Positions 1-13,993 of a stretch of DNA of 64,000 nucleotides are shown piece by piece. Under the pieces are notes generated by a model. It was not told where the DNA came from, did not search any database, and saw only the letters and a list, made by a program, of their open reading frames with translations. The position numbers and the translations under genes were made by a program. The stretch is from Octopus vulgaris (Eukaryota). The first letter of the stretch is position 1, and each line of letters starts with the position of its first letter. The DNA is taken from NCBI GenBank assembly GCA_951406725.2, contig OX597830.1, positions 71,734,001-71,798,000 on the forward strand, read 5' to 3'.

Positions 1-406
1 CTATGGACAGGGAGATCATCTGAACAGGTCTCATAGCTGAGGAAAGGTTGGAATATTTGATCTTTTTTTCTAGAAGAAGCGTTGAAAGCTGTTATATCAG
101 ACAAAATTAACAATCGTCTGCATGGCTCCGTGGATCTCTCCAGACCATCGGGACAGCAAAGTTGAAGGCTACTTTCTTTCCGTTAAACCGTGCAGTTCCT
201 CCATTTTAATAGGGTTTACAACAGATGTGTAGGGCCCAAGATTTGACCCGATCTCCAATTTTACAGTCAAAATAATGAAAATAAGCAGTTCTCACGGGGG
301 AAGTAATTGTTTGGCGCTGTGCAACTGTCGTAAAATCCCTACACACGTAGCATAATGAATTTGCCTTCTTGATTTATCCTCGGTGTTTTGAAGTGCCTGA
401 AGCCAT
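1..406 (-). pseudogene. Disrupted N-terminus of a Chapaev3-like transposase
   Basis: Manual translation across frameshifts/stops: MASGTSKHRG*IKKANSLCYVCRDF...TAY / HYFDCKIGDRVKSWALHICCK / FNGKKVAFNFAVPMVWRDPRSHADDC*FCL, matching the CYxCG...GDQDKSWAPHxxC...FAVPMVWREP..H..DCYFC pattern I recall for this family. Confidence 0.75.
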
Positions 407-613
407 TGTAGAGATATGTATCATGTATCACAATACAATATAAAAATTGATTATATAAATATGGTCACTTGACTTGTCGCAAAATCATAATGATGTATAT
501 GTCAAAAATTAGAGGTGATAAGTGAAAACTGGTTTTGTATCTGAAATCAGCACTCCAAAATTAGGCTTGAACAAATATTTTGATGTTTGCCTCAATTTCT
601 ATATAAGCCAGTG
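1..613 (-). mobile_element. 5' end of a Chapaev3-like DNA transposon (continues off the left edge)
   Basis: Minus-strand terminus CACTGG (plus CCAGTG 608-613) flanked by TAA; internal minus-strand sequence encodes a decayed Chapa-type zinc-finger region. Confidence 0.7.
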
Positions 614-669
614 TAATCAATCACTGACATGATGTTTGTAACAAACGCAGATACAAAGAAACACACACA

Positions 670-704
<35 letters not shown>

Positions 705-771
705 CTTATTCATTTTATTTTATCTAGTCTCAGCTCACGAGCTGTGGCCATGCTGGGGCACCACCATATAT

Positions 772-806
<35 letters not shown>

Positions 807-1013
807 AATTAGAAAAAAAAACACAATTTATCAATTCAAAATGAACTATTAAGTTACACCATCTAGAAAATTACATATAATAGAAATATTAAAATTAAAA
901 TAACAATAATATACCGATGATTAAGTAAATTGCAAAATAATAAGGTATATATTTGGTAGAATAACGACACGTTATGTCTTGGCTTTATTTATAATGATAT
1001 ATATATATAAATA

Positions 1014-1057
<44 letters not shown>

Positions 1058-1596
1058 TATAGTAATAATGAAAACGTTTGGATGGAAATTCATTAATCTT
1101 TGACTGCATTGCTACGTACGTTTCCACAAATAACGTGTTTGTTGCGGCAATCCCCATCCATAGGATATTACAAATATGATTTGTAGTATCCTATGTGTTT
1201 GTGTGAGTGTGTGTGTGTGTACGATTGGTTTTCCACACATTCCGTCTACAAATTCACTCACAAGCATTGGCCTGTCCGGGGATATAAAGAAGACACTTAC
1301 AGTGGGACTGAAACTGAAACCGCATGATTGCAATACAAGCTTCTTAACCATACAGTCAAACCTATATCTAAAGCATATTTAAATCGGAAATCGTTACTAA
1401 TACATCTTTTGTAATGCGTATCATTTGTTTTTAGAGATTTAAAAAAATAGTTACTGATGCTTTATATGGAATAGAAAATTCTATGAAATTCTTCCTTTAA
1501 TAAACTGACTTACTGTAGTTTATTGAAAGATAGTCAATATATAACTTGAATGTAAACGTCCGTAGAGATACTTTTTTGTAACTATTTTTTAAGCAT

Positions 1597-1980
1597 AGGA
1601 AGCACTCCGTCGGTTACGACGACGAGGGTTCCGGTTGATCCAATCAACGTAACAGCCTGCTCGTGAAATTAACGTGTAAGTGGCTGAGCACTCCACAGAC
1701 ACGTGTACCCTTAACGTAGTTCTCGGGGGTATTCAGCGTGACACAAAGAGTGACAAGGCCGGCCCTTTAAAATACAGGTACAACAGAAACAGGAAGTAAG
1801 AGTAAGAGAAAGTTGTGATGAAAGAGTACAGCAGGGATCACCACCACTCCCTGCCGGAGCCTCGTGGAGCTTTAGGTGTTTTCGCTCAATAAACACTCAC
1901 AATGCCCGGTCTGTGAATCGAAACCGCGATCCTACGACCACGAGTCCGCTGCCCTAACCACTGAGCCATTGCGCCTCCAC
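1597..1980 (-). mobile_element. tRNA-derived SINE, family B with tail type 1
   Basis: Minus-strand head GTGGAGGCGCAATGGCTCAGTGGTTAGG (A box) and GTTTCGATTC (B box); perfect 12-bp TSD TTTTTTAAGCAT at 1585-1596 and 1981-1992; head/body repeated at 5480-5663, 51085 and 61521. Confidence 0.85.
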
Positions 1981-2128
1981 TTTTTTAAGCATGCAAATGA
2001 TTCGATATACTCTTGTTTATCTTCTTGGTTTTCCACGGAGTTCTGCAGAGTGCAAATATGATTTATGATTTATACATGATTTAATTTTTCGTCCTTGATC
2101 GACGGTACTGCAGAAACAGTAACTTAAC

Positions 2129-2350
2129 TTTAAAAAGGCGGCGAGTTGGCAGAAACGTTAGCACGCGAAATGCTTAGCGGTATTTCGTCTGCGTTACGTT
2201 CTGAGTTCAAATTCCGCCGAGGTCGACTTTGCCTTTCATCCTTTCGTGGTCGATTAAATAAGTACCAGTTATGCACTGGAGTCGATATAATCCTTTGTCT
2301 GTCCTTGTTTGTCCCCTCTGTGTGTAGCCCTTTGTGGGCAGTAAAGAAAG
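2129..2350 (+). mobile_element. SINE family C
   Basis: AAGGCGGCGAGTTGGCAGAAACGTTAGCAC...GAGTTCAAATTCC...GCCTTTCATCCTTTCG; 11-bp TSD AGTAACTTAAC at 2118-2128 and 2351-2361; many copies in window. Confidence 0.85.
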
Positions 2351-3505
2351 AGTAACTTAACCAACTTTGCCGTGCCTGAGCTATTTTCAGAACAAGTATC
2401 TAGCCCCAAGTACATTTACATTTCTCAACTCTTTCATACGCCACGAAGGAAAAACAAGTCAGCACATTTGTTCCATACTTAGAGCCGTAGAGGATGACAA
2501 ACATTGCTTATATATAACCGTACATATTTGCCTTCGGCGTTACTAATTTAGCCTTTTTAAAACACTTGATATATTACCCCACAAGGCATCCCATGTATAC
2601 TATTACAGTGGGCATGGTTTGTGTATGACCAGTCCTACTCGAATTTCGTTCAACTTGTATTGGTTTGGTACAACAAATATCACATACCCAGGAGCTTTCC
2701 AGATGCAAGATTTGTATGGAGTTAACCTGCCTTAGATTATCAGTTATAGAATTGAAGAGCATCATTTGTCCTGAGTCTGTTCAGGTGTCTATAAATGACT
2801 ACCGAATTTTTCAAACAAAATTTAACAGCCAAAGAAAGGTAGGCAGACCAAAGAAGATTCTGGAGAACAAAATATTCTGTGAAATGCAGTAAGATTCGGA
2901 AAGGTGGCAACAATATTTGAATGTTTACACTACGTGTTTAAACTATGTGATTACGTCGGCTTATAATGTCGGAAAGTGCAGCATGTGTAACGACCAGGAG
3001 TTTTGTTTATTGACATGCTATACAGACATATTCCTTTCAAGTGCAGGTTTCTTATGTACCATTTATTACATGCTTCCAACCTTGATATTGCGTGAAATAT
3101 CAATAATTGTAAAATCAGGTAAGCTAATGTTGCATTCAGATTGACTTTCGACATCATTCATAAGCCTAAGTCTAATGATGAAATGAATTAAACTTAAAAT
3201 GAAACGGCATTTATTTCAGACGATCCAATACTACAATACAATATACGTGTATATATATAGAATTAAGAGATAGAACCTCCGTAAAGTAATCAAATTAATA
3301 CTGAAAGATATTATATAAATTTAAATATATTATTATTAACATTGTACTAAAAATTTCTATTTAAAATATACATTAAAACGACTTCTATCTCTTAATTCTA
3401 TATATTCTCTTAATTCTATATAATAGCGCGAAATTTGATTTAGTATTACTAAATTGAGTTTGTTTTCTCCTGCTGCCTTTGGAATTTTATATTCCCTACT
3501 ATTAA

Positions 3506-3603
<98 letters not shown>

Positions 3604-4974
3604 TAGATAGATATAAAATATTTTACTTCAGTATACACCACCTAATTATTTTCATTCGAACTTGAAAAATATGGATTTTATCATGTATTATTGCCACTAT
3701 CAACGAATTTTAGTTCTCTCTTCGAAAAAGGAAAGCAGGTCGTTCATTTGCTTAATTTAATAAATTATCTGTGGAAAGTGAAATCTCTACCAAAATTTGT
3801 TTCGCAAAAATATTTGTTTCAGAAAATTAGATACTAATTAGATGAAAGTGTTTTCTTTAATGGTTCTAGAAAATGGAAGTCTGTGGCTTTCATAACCGGA
3901 AGCGGTGGGAGAAAATGTAATGATATATAATTAAGTAAAAGTCCGTTAAGTTCTGAGTTTAAATTCTCTTCCCGCTGCTCTCTAATTAGAGAGGCTAATT
4001 TAATTCAAAAGTATGTATAGTTGCTTATATATTAGCAAACGAGTTGCATATAAAATTTTGCTGTTGGAAAAAGATTTACTTTTAACATTACCTTAAAAAT
4101 GTATTGATTGAACTAAGAAAATTGCGAATGTGGAATGTAGTTCAACATTCTATTTCCTTCGGAAAAAACTGTTATTGGTAAACCATTGGAGATATCAGTA
4201 CCAAAATTATCTGTTTAGAATTGGTGTCTTAGGAAGCAAATGCTTGTCTATGTCGGGATTTTACAGTACATAGCAGAGTTCAAAGAGAAGTCCGAGTTGC
4301 TACAGGAAGTGAAGAATTTAAAGTTACTGACACTTTTGCTCACAATTAGAAAGAGCCAGAAATTGACGCTAGCGATTTGGCTTCTGCAGAATTTATAATG
4401 ATGAACTATCAAAACGATTTCTCAAGAATCGACTTAATTTGGTTCCGCGTATCAGTCTTTTTGAAAGCAATATCTAAGAAAGGCCACTTTCTAATAAATT
4501 TAAATATGAAATAGAAGCAGAGCTAGTGTGATAAACATTATCGGGCACATATACTTAACATATATCAATATAAGCCACGAAAATGGCGAAACATCGATGT
4601 CCATCACTCTTAAATGAAATTTAGAGTGAGGTATCTCACCTGTCCAAGACTTGTAATTATTTTAACACCCGCCACTTTGAGAGAGTTATCTCCATCACAT
4701 CACTTCGCAGCCTTCCTGTAAATAGCCTATCCTCGTACTATAAGTACATGTAGTCGATAATGTCTAATAAATCTGTTTATATATTCATGAGAATGTTTGT
4801 CTAATTCTGAAAAGCATTACTCAGCGCCTATATAGAATTATAAATTAAAGACATTAAAACGAGTTCGATATATATTTACTCAAACCATTTACACAATTCA
4901 TGCGAATGTAACACTACAATGTGAAGTGATTACGATTTTAGACGTAAAAATCTTTGAATATCTATATTAGATAT

Positions 4975-5351
4975 ACTCTTTTACTTGTTTCAGTCATTTG
5001 ACTGCGGCCATGCTGGAGCACCGCCTTTAGTCGAGCAAATCGACCCCTGGACTTATTCTTTGTAAGCCTAGTACTTATTCTATCAGTCTCTTTTGCCGAA
5101 CCGCTAAGTAACGGGGACGTAAACACACCAGCATCGGTTGTCAAGAAATGCGAGGGGGACAAACACACACACATATATACATATATACGACAGGCTTCTT
5201 TCAGTTTCCGTCTACCAAATCCACTCACAAGGCATTGGTCGGCCCGGGGCTATAGCAGAAGACACTTGCCCAAAATGCCACGCAGTGGGACTGAACCCGG
5301 AACCATGTGGCTGTTTAGCAAGCTACTTACCACACAGCCACTCCTGCGCCT
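4975..5351 (-). mobile_element. tRNA-derived SINE family A, full length
   Basis: Head GGCGCAGGAGTGGCTGTGTGGTAAG...GGTTCAGTCCC, internal TA/CA microsatellite, tail ACTGAAACAAGTAAAAGAG; near-identical to 27971-28428 and 31174-31657. Confidence 0.85.
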
Positions 5352-5361
5352 AAGTTATTTT

Positions 5362-5663
5362 TTAAATTTATTTATGCGCCTTTTTCAAGCTTAGCCAGGC
5401 TCATGGACCCGATTTCCCGGTTTCTATGGCGTATGTGTTCTCCCCAGCTGGACGGGACGCCAGTCCATCGCAGCATTACTCATGAAACAGGAAGAAAGAG
5501 TGAGAGAAAGTTGGGGCGAAAGAGTACAACAGGGGTCGCCACCCCTCCCCTACCAGATATCGGGGAGCTTTAGGTGTTTTCGCTCAATAAACACACACAA
5601 CATCAGGTTTGGGAATCGAAACCGCGAGTCCGCTGCTTTAACCATTGGACCATTGCGCCTCAC
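5362..5663 (-). mobile_element. SINE family B with tail type 2
   Basis: Same head/body as 1597-1980 but the 3' part is CTGCGATGGACTGGCGTCCCGTCCAG...CATGAGCCTGGCTAAG, as in 12865-12965. Confidence 0.8.
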
Positions 5664-5701
<38 letters not shown>

Positions 5702-5713
5702 ACATGTATATAT

Positions 5714-5777
<64 letters not shown>

Positions 5778-5794
5778 ACATGTATATATATACA

Positions 5795-5867
<73 letters not shown>

Positions 5868-6282
5868 ATATTAGGGAGTAAATCCAAACTTACAGGGAAA
5901 AGTTAGATTTAGGATTAAATCAAATTTCACAGTATAATTATAAATTAAATTAGAGATGAAACCACGATTAGGCAAATCAGACAGTGAAAAACATAAACCA
6001 AAACATAAAAATAAATATAATTAATATAATATACAAAAAATATAACATATAAAATTTTAAATTTAAAATTTTTAAGTTATATTTATTAATTTTTATATTT
6101 CTTATATTTTTTTAATTTTAAATTTATAAATTTTTAAACTTTTAATTTTTTAATATTAATATTTATTTATTTATTATTTAATTTTTTTAAATATATAACT
6201 ATCAAAAAGTGGTGCTATTAAGTTAGACATGGCCTGGGCCAATAATGGCCGAAACCTATCAAAATATCAAAGTATTAAAAAG

Positions 6283-6335
<53 letters not shown>

Positions 6336-6385
6336 TACATACATACGTATGTTATATGTGTATATATACCTATATATTGCACTCA

Positions 6386-6452
<67 letters not shown>

Positions 6453-6857
6453 TGTGTATGTGTGCGCGCGCATATTTGTGTGTCAGATATATATAGATTA
6501 AATTTTGCTTTGTGACACTGATTACTTTCTATTGCATCCAACCGTAACTTCTGTCATTTCTGCAATGGAATCTGCTAGATACGCAGTGATAAACCATCAA
6601 CACACTATATCGCCCATTGTTGCCAATAACAGGGTAGGATAGCTGGGCAAATAGCGGTTTCCCCCATTTGTTTATGGTGTCTCTTGACAGGAACTAGAGT
6701 GCGAGAAAACTTGGGTTGCGTCATAGTGAATCAACAATATGGTACACATGAATATATGCAGCAAGGTAAATTATCTTTCTCTCATTTTAATAACCATATA
6801 TATATTTACTACTTCTAGCAGGTAAGGGTGGCCTCTCTTGTGTGTAAATGTACACAA

Positions 6858-6971
<114 letters not shown>

Positions 6972-7022
6972 CGCTAGCCACTACACATTCTTTATTTTCT
7001 CTCCTTGTTTCTTTCTGTGTTC

Positions 7023-7058
7023 CTTTCTGTGGAAGAGCTTAGGCTCGAAACGTTAAAG
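7023..7058 (+). ncRNA. Degenerate minimal type I hammerhead motif in a PLE-type short repeat (~6970-7130)
   Basis: CTTT-CTGTGGA-A-GAGC-TTAG-GCTC-GAAAC-GTT-AAAG; stems I and II pair; the core differs from CUGANGA at A6. Confidence 0.55.
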
Positions 7059-7135
7059 ACTTTTCACTTCCCGAGCGTTAATCTAATACTTCTGTCCGTT
7101 GCCTAGACCACCTGTCTTCGTCTTTTGTTTTTTTG

Positions 7136-7409
<274 letters not shown>

Positions 7410-8463
7410 CATAGACCTTTTAAGTTTCGGCTCCAATATTAATTGTTATTTATCCATTTCTTTTTTTGATTTTCTGACGATGTGTTTGCTCCATGCGCTT
7501 GCCCTGTGAGTTGCATCTATTGGTTGCATCAGTAGTGTGACTTCATGTGTTTCTGAATACTAAAACACTTGTAACAGCTGGAATGAAGGAGTGCTAAGTT
7601 ATGCCCCAAGTTTTTTTTTACTCTTAATCTGCTGCGCACTTTGTATTTGTGTATGCGTATAAGCATATTACATACAACACACACACACACACATATATGA
7701 CTATTCATAAATATGTACATGTATCACTTGTGTGTGTGTGAGTTGGTCAGTATGTATATATATGTTTTTAGTGTAGCACACACATAGATACACATACATA
7801 TGCATATGTGCGGGAGTGTGTATGTGTGTGTTGTAATACTAAGGCGTGAGCAGAACCGTCTTTATTTGATTTAGTTATTTTAAACAAGACAGACATTGTC
7901 TGACTCTAGTGTTTACTATTGAGGTCACATATGGTGTAAAAATATTCCACAGGCTTGCGTTCCATCGAGATGCATGTTTCTACGTTATACTAATTCTTAT
8001 AAACATAACTGATTGCTTTTTAATGCAAGTTACTTAAGAACAAACAAGGGCTGTGTATAGAAAGCATATAACCACATGCATACACCCACACACACATACA
8101 TACGTATGTATGTGTTTGCATACATATGTTTAGATATGTGAGTATATATGTAAATATATATATATATCTTTAAACATTTGCTTTTTGTTTTCAGTTATTA
8201 ATCTACGACTATGTTGGGGCACCGCCTCGGAGAGTTTTAGTCGATTGGTTCGACTCCTATGCGTATAATTAAATCTGTTTCTTATTTCATGTGTCGCATA
8301 ATCTTAAACGCTAAGTTGCCACAGTGTAAACCAATCAACACGGGTTGTCAAACAGTGGATAGCGGACAAGCATGGGCACAATGTCAGATGCGACATAATT
8401 CTTCAGGGCGGTGCCCATGTATGTCCGCAGGCTAATGACTGAAAAAAAAAAGATAAAGATATA

Positions 8464-8948
8464 TAGGCGCAGGCGTAGTTGTGTGCTAAGAAGCTTGCTT
8501 CGCAACCACATGGTTTCAGGATCATTTCCACTGCGTGGCACCTTGGGCAAATGCCTTGTACTATAGTCTCCGACCGACCAAAATCCGTCGTATATATATA
8601 TATATATATATATACATACATATATATACATATATATATACATACATATACATATATATACATATATATATACATACATATATTATATACATATGTATAT
8701 ATATGTATATATATATGTATAGCTATGTGTGTGAGTGTGTATATATTTTTGTGTCTGAGTTTATCCCCGTACTACCGCTTGACAACCGATGCTGGTATGT
8801 TTATGCCTCCGAAACTTAGCGTTTTGGCAAAAGAGACCGAGAGAATAAGTACTAGGCTTACAAAGAATAATACCTGGGGTCGATTTGTTCGACTAAAGGC
8901 AGTGCTCCAGCATGGCCGCAGTCATATAACTGAAGCAAGAAAAAGAAC
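8464..8948 (+). mobile_element. SINE family A with expanded internal microsatellite
   Basis: Collinear with other family A copies; ~150 bp TA-rich expansion after CCGTCGTA. Confidence 0.8.
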
Positions 8949-9702
8949 AAAACAATATAGAACATACACTAGATTTTATTGTATTCCTTAAACTAATTTG
9001 CTTATAGTGTCTTTGTAAACAGCTTAATTGTATAACTGCAGCTAATCGGACGTCAGCCGCGATATTGTAAGGTTTTGTACTTTCTCCTGCGCCTTCCCGA
9101 ATTGTTTTAGGTACTTAGCTATTCGCGAGCTGATTACTTCTTACTCTCTCAACCTTTGACTCCGCGATGGCACATCTATCTAGTGTATGCCCGTTAAGGG
9201 AGAGAGAGAGAGACAGAGAGAGAGATGAGGGGAGAAAAACAGAGAGACAGACAATCACACTAGCAAATGGGTATCCGTTTTCACATCAGTAAAGTAGAGC
9301 AACGTGAAATGAAGTACCTCTTTCGAGGATAGACACAACGCGCCACTAATTAAAGCAAAGTATGAAGAAAATTAGAGTTTACGAGTAAGTTCTTGTTTGT
9401 GTAAGACATAAATAAGATGTTTACTATAAGCTCTCTTGGTGGTCAGCAGAATGGGAGGTGGAGACGGGGGGTACTTGCTTTTATATGATGGGATTGCTTG
9501 AAAAGTATATCAAGGCAATCTCCGTTATTTTAATGCATAGGAAGAAACAAGGCACCCCAACCTACTCTCTCACACACACGTACACACAGATTTACGCATT
9601 TATGTGGACAAGCGCATACACTCACATATCCTTCATATATATATATACAAGCAAATACGTATGAGTATATACAAAACCACACATATCTCCCTATTTATAT
9701 TT

Positions 9703-9745
<43 letters not shown>

Positions 9746-10359
9746 GCCTGTGTGGTGTATATATACGAGCAGAAAGAATTTAGATGGTGTTAAGTATCAT
9801 TCCGGTGCTCTATGGAAGGAATTTACCTCAATTACAGGATACCATGCTCTGCGTCTTGAAGCACACCTATCGGATACCAGACATAAGATCTTATTTCGAC
9901 CATGTACTTCTTTTGTGTTTTCTTGTTATATTGTATTCTCCTTAGACAATAAGTTTTTCTTTTAATTAGAGATTCTATTTTTGTTATTAATGCGTATGGC
10001 GGAAAACAGTTGGAAGAACTTGCTGAATATCAACAGTAATATGTGTAGTTCAACCACACATCTGCCCTACTCTGACTGACCTACGGTCAAAGGTGTTCTT
10101 GACTTTTAATCCTCTTTTATTTAAAAATATTGTATTTGAAAATATTGTATAAGAATTCTGAATGTAAGAGAGTTGACACAGTACATACCCTAGAATAGTA
10201 GAGTTATATGGATTAACGTGGTGATTCACACTGTCTCAGCTTTATAAACTTGAATATGTTTATGATCCGAGATGTGAGGACTAGGTGGTCGCTCAGCCGC
10301 TAGAAATATCAACTAAATCGCCATCAAATCATGTCTCTCCGTATAAGTAAACGACGCGT

Positions 10360-10570
10360 GGCTAAACACAGAGGGGAAAAACAAGGACAGACAAACGGAT
10401 TAAGTCGATTACATCGACCCCAGTGCGTAACTGGTACTTAATTTATCGACTCCGAAAGGATGAAAGGCAAAGTCGACCTCGGCGGAATTTGAACTTAGAA
10501 CGTAGCGGCAGACGAAATACCGATAAGCATTTCGCCCGGTGTGCTAACGATTCTGCCAGCTTGCCGCCTT
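10360..10570 (-). mobile_element. SINE family C
   Basis: Reverse complement of 2129-2350. Confidence 0.8.
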
Positions 10571-11457
10571 GGGATGTTGTGGCTCTGGTTTCATTGCACG
10601 TAGGAAGATGACGGGACGATCACGGTTTTAGTGGTTTTATTGTATGTCTACTCTATTATACCTGACCTGAAGCCAACCATGATGGAGCAGACATACAATA
10701 TTGCGTTCCTTTAGAGCAGTAGTTGTTGCAGAGAGTAGTGTGAGGTCTGAGTGACATTTATTTCGTTTCCACACTGTGGAGATTGGTATAATGTTCAGTG
10801 TACGTTATACGTTACTTTCGGAGAATGCAATAGACGACATGAGTTAGCTTAGAAATGATTCTGTTCCATATATTTTGATCTATATACATAGGTTCCATAA
10901 TAAAAAAGGTTCTGTGACTGTGTCTGTGTGTGTACTTGTGTGTATCTTTCGCAGTGTACGTGCTTTTGCCGAAATTTATTTGTAGATATGCTACCATCAC
11001 TGAAGTCAAATTGAAAGTACACATCTTGTAGACATGATGATATGTAAAGGAAACGCTAAATCACATCGATGTGTGAAAGACTTCTAGGGCCTCTATTCTG
11101 ATTTCTTTTCATGCTCACAGCTATTTTATTTCACGTGTATCAGAAATAGCCCAGTGAAAGTTTTAAGTATCCTTACGTCTCATATTTTATACTCTGAAAA
11201 AGCAAATCTAAGGCTTCATACTGATTTTAAAACCAATTCATTTGAAGTTTGTCACTTGGAGGTAATTTTTCACCTGTAAGATATCCACCATCAGTTGAGT
11301 TGTTACTATTGTTATTGTTCTCGTAGTCGTTTTGCACTTGTTGAACTTTCTTTAAGTAGGCTAAATGTTGTCCCATCCCGTCTTATTCTCCAACAAAGTA
11401 CGCCAAGGTTTACGTCATCCAACTTACGAGTATCTTCCGTATTTTAAGCTGTTAGAG

Positions 11458-11592
11458 CAGGGTTCACCAAAGTGGTCGATGGGATTATTCAAAGGGTCGA
11501 TAAATGCGCATCTACTTAATTATTATTTGTTTATTTTCTTTTATATGACTCGGGGGTGGGTTCCGATGCTCTAAAAAGTTTGGAGACCCCTG
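11458..11592. mobile_element. hAT-type MITE
   Basis: Termini CAGGGTTCACCAAAGT / AGTTTGGAGACCCCTG; 8-bp TSD TGTTAGAG / TGTTGGAG. Confidence 0.65.
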
Positions 11593-11751
11593 TGTTGGAG
11601 TATGTTAAGCCATTAGCCAAATTCCTGTTGTATGAACATCCCTCGATGTAATGATATATAGCCCCCTGATTTTCTCTCTATATATATTTCTTTTACTTGT
11701 TACAGTCATTTGACTGCGCCCATGCGGGAGCACCGCCTCTCTCTCAATCTG

Positions 11752-11804
<53 letters not shown>

Positions 11805-11807
11805 ATA

Positions 11808-11879
<72 letters not shown>

Positions 11880-12694
11880 AGCAACAAGGATATCCAGAGG
11901 TAATGCAGTACGATCGTTTCATGCAACTTCATTTAATTGAACAATGCAATCATTTCATTACATCAATTTAAAATGTAGAGCAATCTTCAGCTGCACAAAG
12001 ACATAGAATTTAATTAAACTCAACTTAAATACTATATTCATCTGAATCTAAATTTATATATATATATATATATGATATATGGGTAAAAATATACCTATGA
12101 GGTCCAGAACTCGAGTAAGCATTGATGTGACATTTGTTTGATAAAAAAAATATTCCTTCAAATATTATTCTTAACAAAAATAGAAGGATGTGATATGAAG
12201 GGAAAATTTCTTTTCGCACATGCATAGGAATCGAATATCCTCCTGGAACGATCTCCGCTCCTAAAAGTCTTGTCGCGTTCAAATACGCTCGAACGTGTTA
12301 AATATGATTATCTACTGAGAGTGATTTCAATCCGTACGCCAGTCAGTAAATGTTTGTTTGTTTGTGTATGTGTGAGTGTGCGCATACTTGTGTGTATGTG
12401 TTGTATGTGTGTGTGTGTGTGCATGTACTTGTGTGTATGTCTATGTGCGTGCTTGCATGCGTGGGCATGTCTCTGTATCAGGGTTTATCCAATCCAGCGT
12501 CTGACGACAGTATTACTTCTGTCCTTTTAACCTAGCAGTTCAGTAAAAGAGAACAATGGTGTAAATACCAGGCTTAAAATATTGGGTATTGACGTCCAGT
12601 TTGTTCGCCTAAACTTTTAAAAGCAATGTTCCGGTATGGCTGCAGTTCAGTGATTGGAATAAGTAAAAACATTAAAAGAAATATATAAATATAG

Positions 12695-13462
12695 AGGCGT
12701 AGGAGTGGCTGTGTGGAAAGTAACTTGTGGAGGCGTGTGGCTTAGTGGTTAGCACCATGATCGTAAGATAGTGGTTTCGATTTCTGGACCGGGTGACGCG
12801 TTGTGTTCTTGAGCAAAACACTTCATTTCACGTTGCTCCAGTCCACTCAGCTGGCAAAAATGAGTAACGCTGCGATGGACTGGCGTCCCGTCCAGCTAGG
12901 GAACACATACGCCATAGAAACTGGGAAACCGGGCCCATGAGCCTGGCTAGGCTTTAAAAGGGCGAAAAAATCATTTTTGATCATAATCATCCGTCTCATT
13001 AATGTCTATGTCTAGCCCACAAGATTCTCTTTGTAATGCTTTTATGGCAAATATTTATGAAATAAAGTAGCTTGCTTACCAACCACATGGTTCCAGTTTC
13101 AGTCCCACTGCGTGGCAACTTGGGCAAGCGTCTTCTACTATAGCCTCGGGCCGACCAAAGCCTTGTGAGTGGATTTAGTAGGCAGAAACTGAGAGAAGTC
13201 CGTCATATATGTATATATATATATATGTGTGTGTGTTTGTGTGTCTGTGTTTGTCCCCCCACCCCAACATCGTTTGACAACCGATGCTGGTGTATTTACG
13301 CCCCCGTAACTTAGCGGTTCCGCAAAAGAGACCGACAGAATAAATACAAGGCTTACAAAGAATACGTCCTGGGGTCGATTTGCTCGACTAAAGACGGTGC
13401 TCCAGCATGTCCGCAGTCAAATGACTGAAACAAGTAAAAGAGTAAAAGAGTAAAGAGTAAGA
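12695..13462 (+). mobile_element. SINE family A interrupted in its head by a nested SINE
   Basis: Head 12695-12726 resumes at 13064; duplicated AAAGTA(A/G)CTTG flanks the insert. Confidence 0.8.
12727..13063 (+). mobile_element. tRNA-head SINE with CORE-like middle, tail type 2 and ~100 bp of extra 3' sequence
   Basis: GTGGAGGCGTGTGGCTTAGTGGTTAG head; CTTGAGCAAAACACTT...CCACTCAGCTG resembles the CORE domain; tail shared with 5362-5480. Confidence 0.75.
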
Positions 13463-13993
13463 GTACACAAGCATACACATACTTATACGCGCACACACAA
13501 ACATATTGACTGACGTAAGGATTGAAATCACGCCCACCAGATAAGTATATTTAACAGGTTTGAGTATGTTTCGATGTGATAAGATCTTCAGCAGCGGAGG
13601 TAGTTCCGCGAGAAAATTCAACGCTAGACATGTACAAAAAGCACGTTTATTTTGACTGTGTATGACATCATTGCATTGTAGGACGCATGAGTTTCTGCGC
13701 CGTTCTGCTTCATCATCTACCAAACCAAATCTACCAGTTTGATATGAACAACTGAATGAGAAGTATCTTACTTATGTATTATATATAAGTTACGAAATTA
13801 CGAGAAATCTATTGGTTACGACGGAAGGATGTAAGAAAAAAAAACTTCCAAATGTGTCAATAACAGCCAAAATAAGAACACTAGCCTGTATACATCAGCT
13901 TATAACTTATTATAATTTCTTAGAGAAATTCAGACGATACTTTTCTGTTCACAAAGTTGAGAAATGTCTCGCATAAAATGTTTACTTAATATA

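Noticed and set aside
1900-1980. Genuine tRNA genes here and at 32574, 51085 and 61760
   Set aside because: Embedded in SINE/PLE bodies with degraded cloverleaves; tRNA-derived heads only.
2665-2892. Host exon or AT-hook protein (RKVGRPKK)
   Set aside because: No convincing splice context; more likely a decayed RTE-type C-terminus, too weak to call.
3660-4500. Coding exon in the unique region
   Set aside because: The frames I translated contain stops and no recognisable motif.
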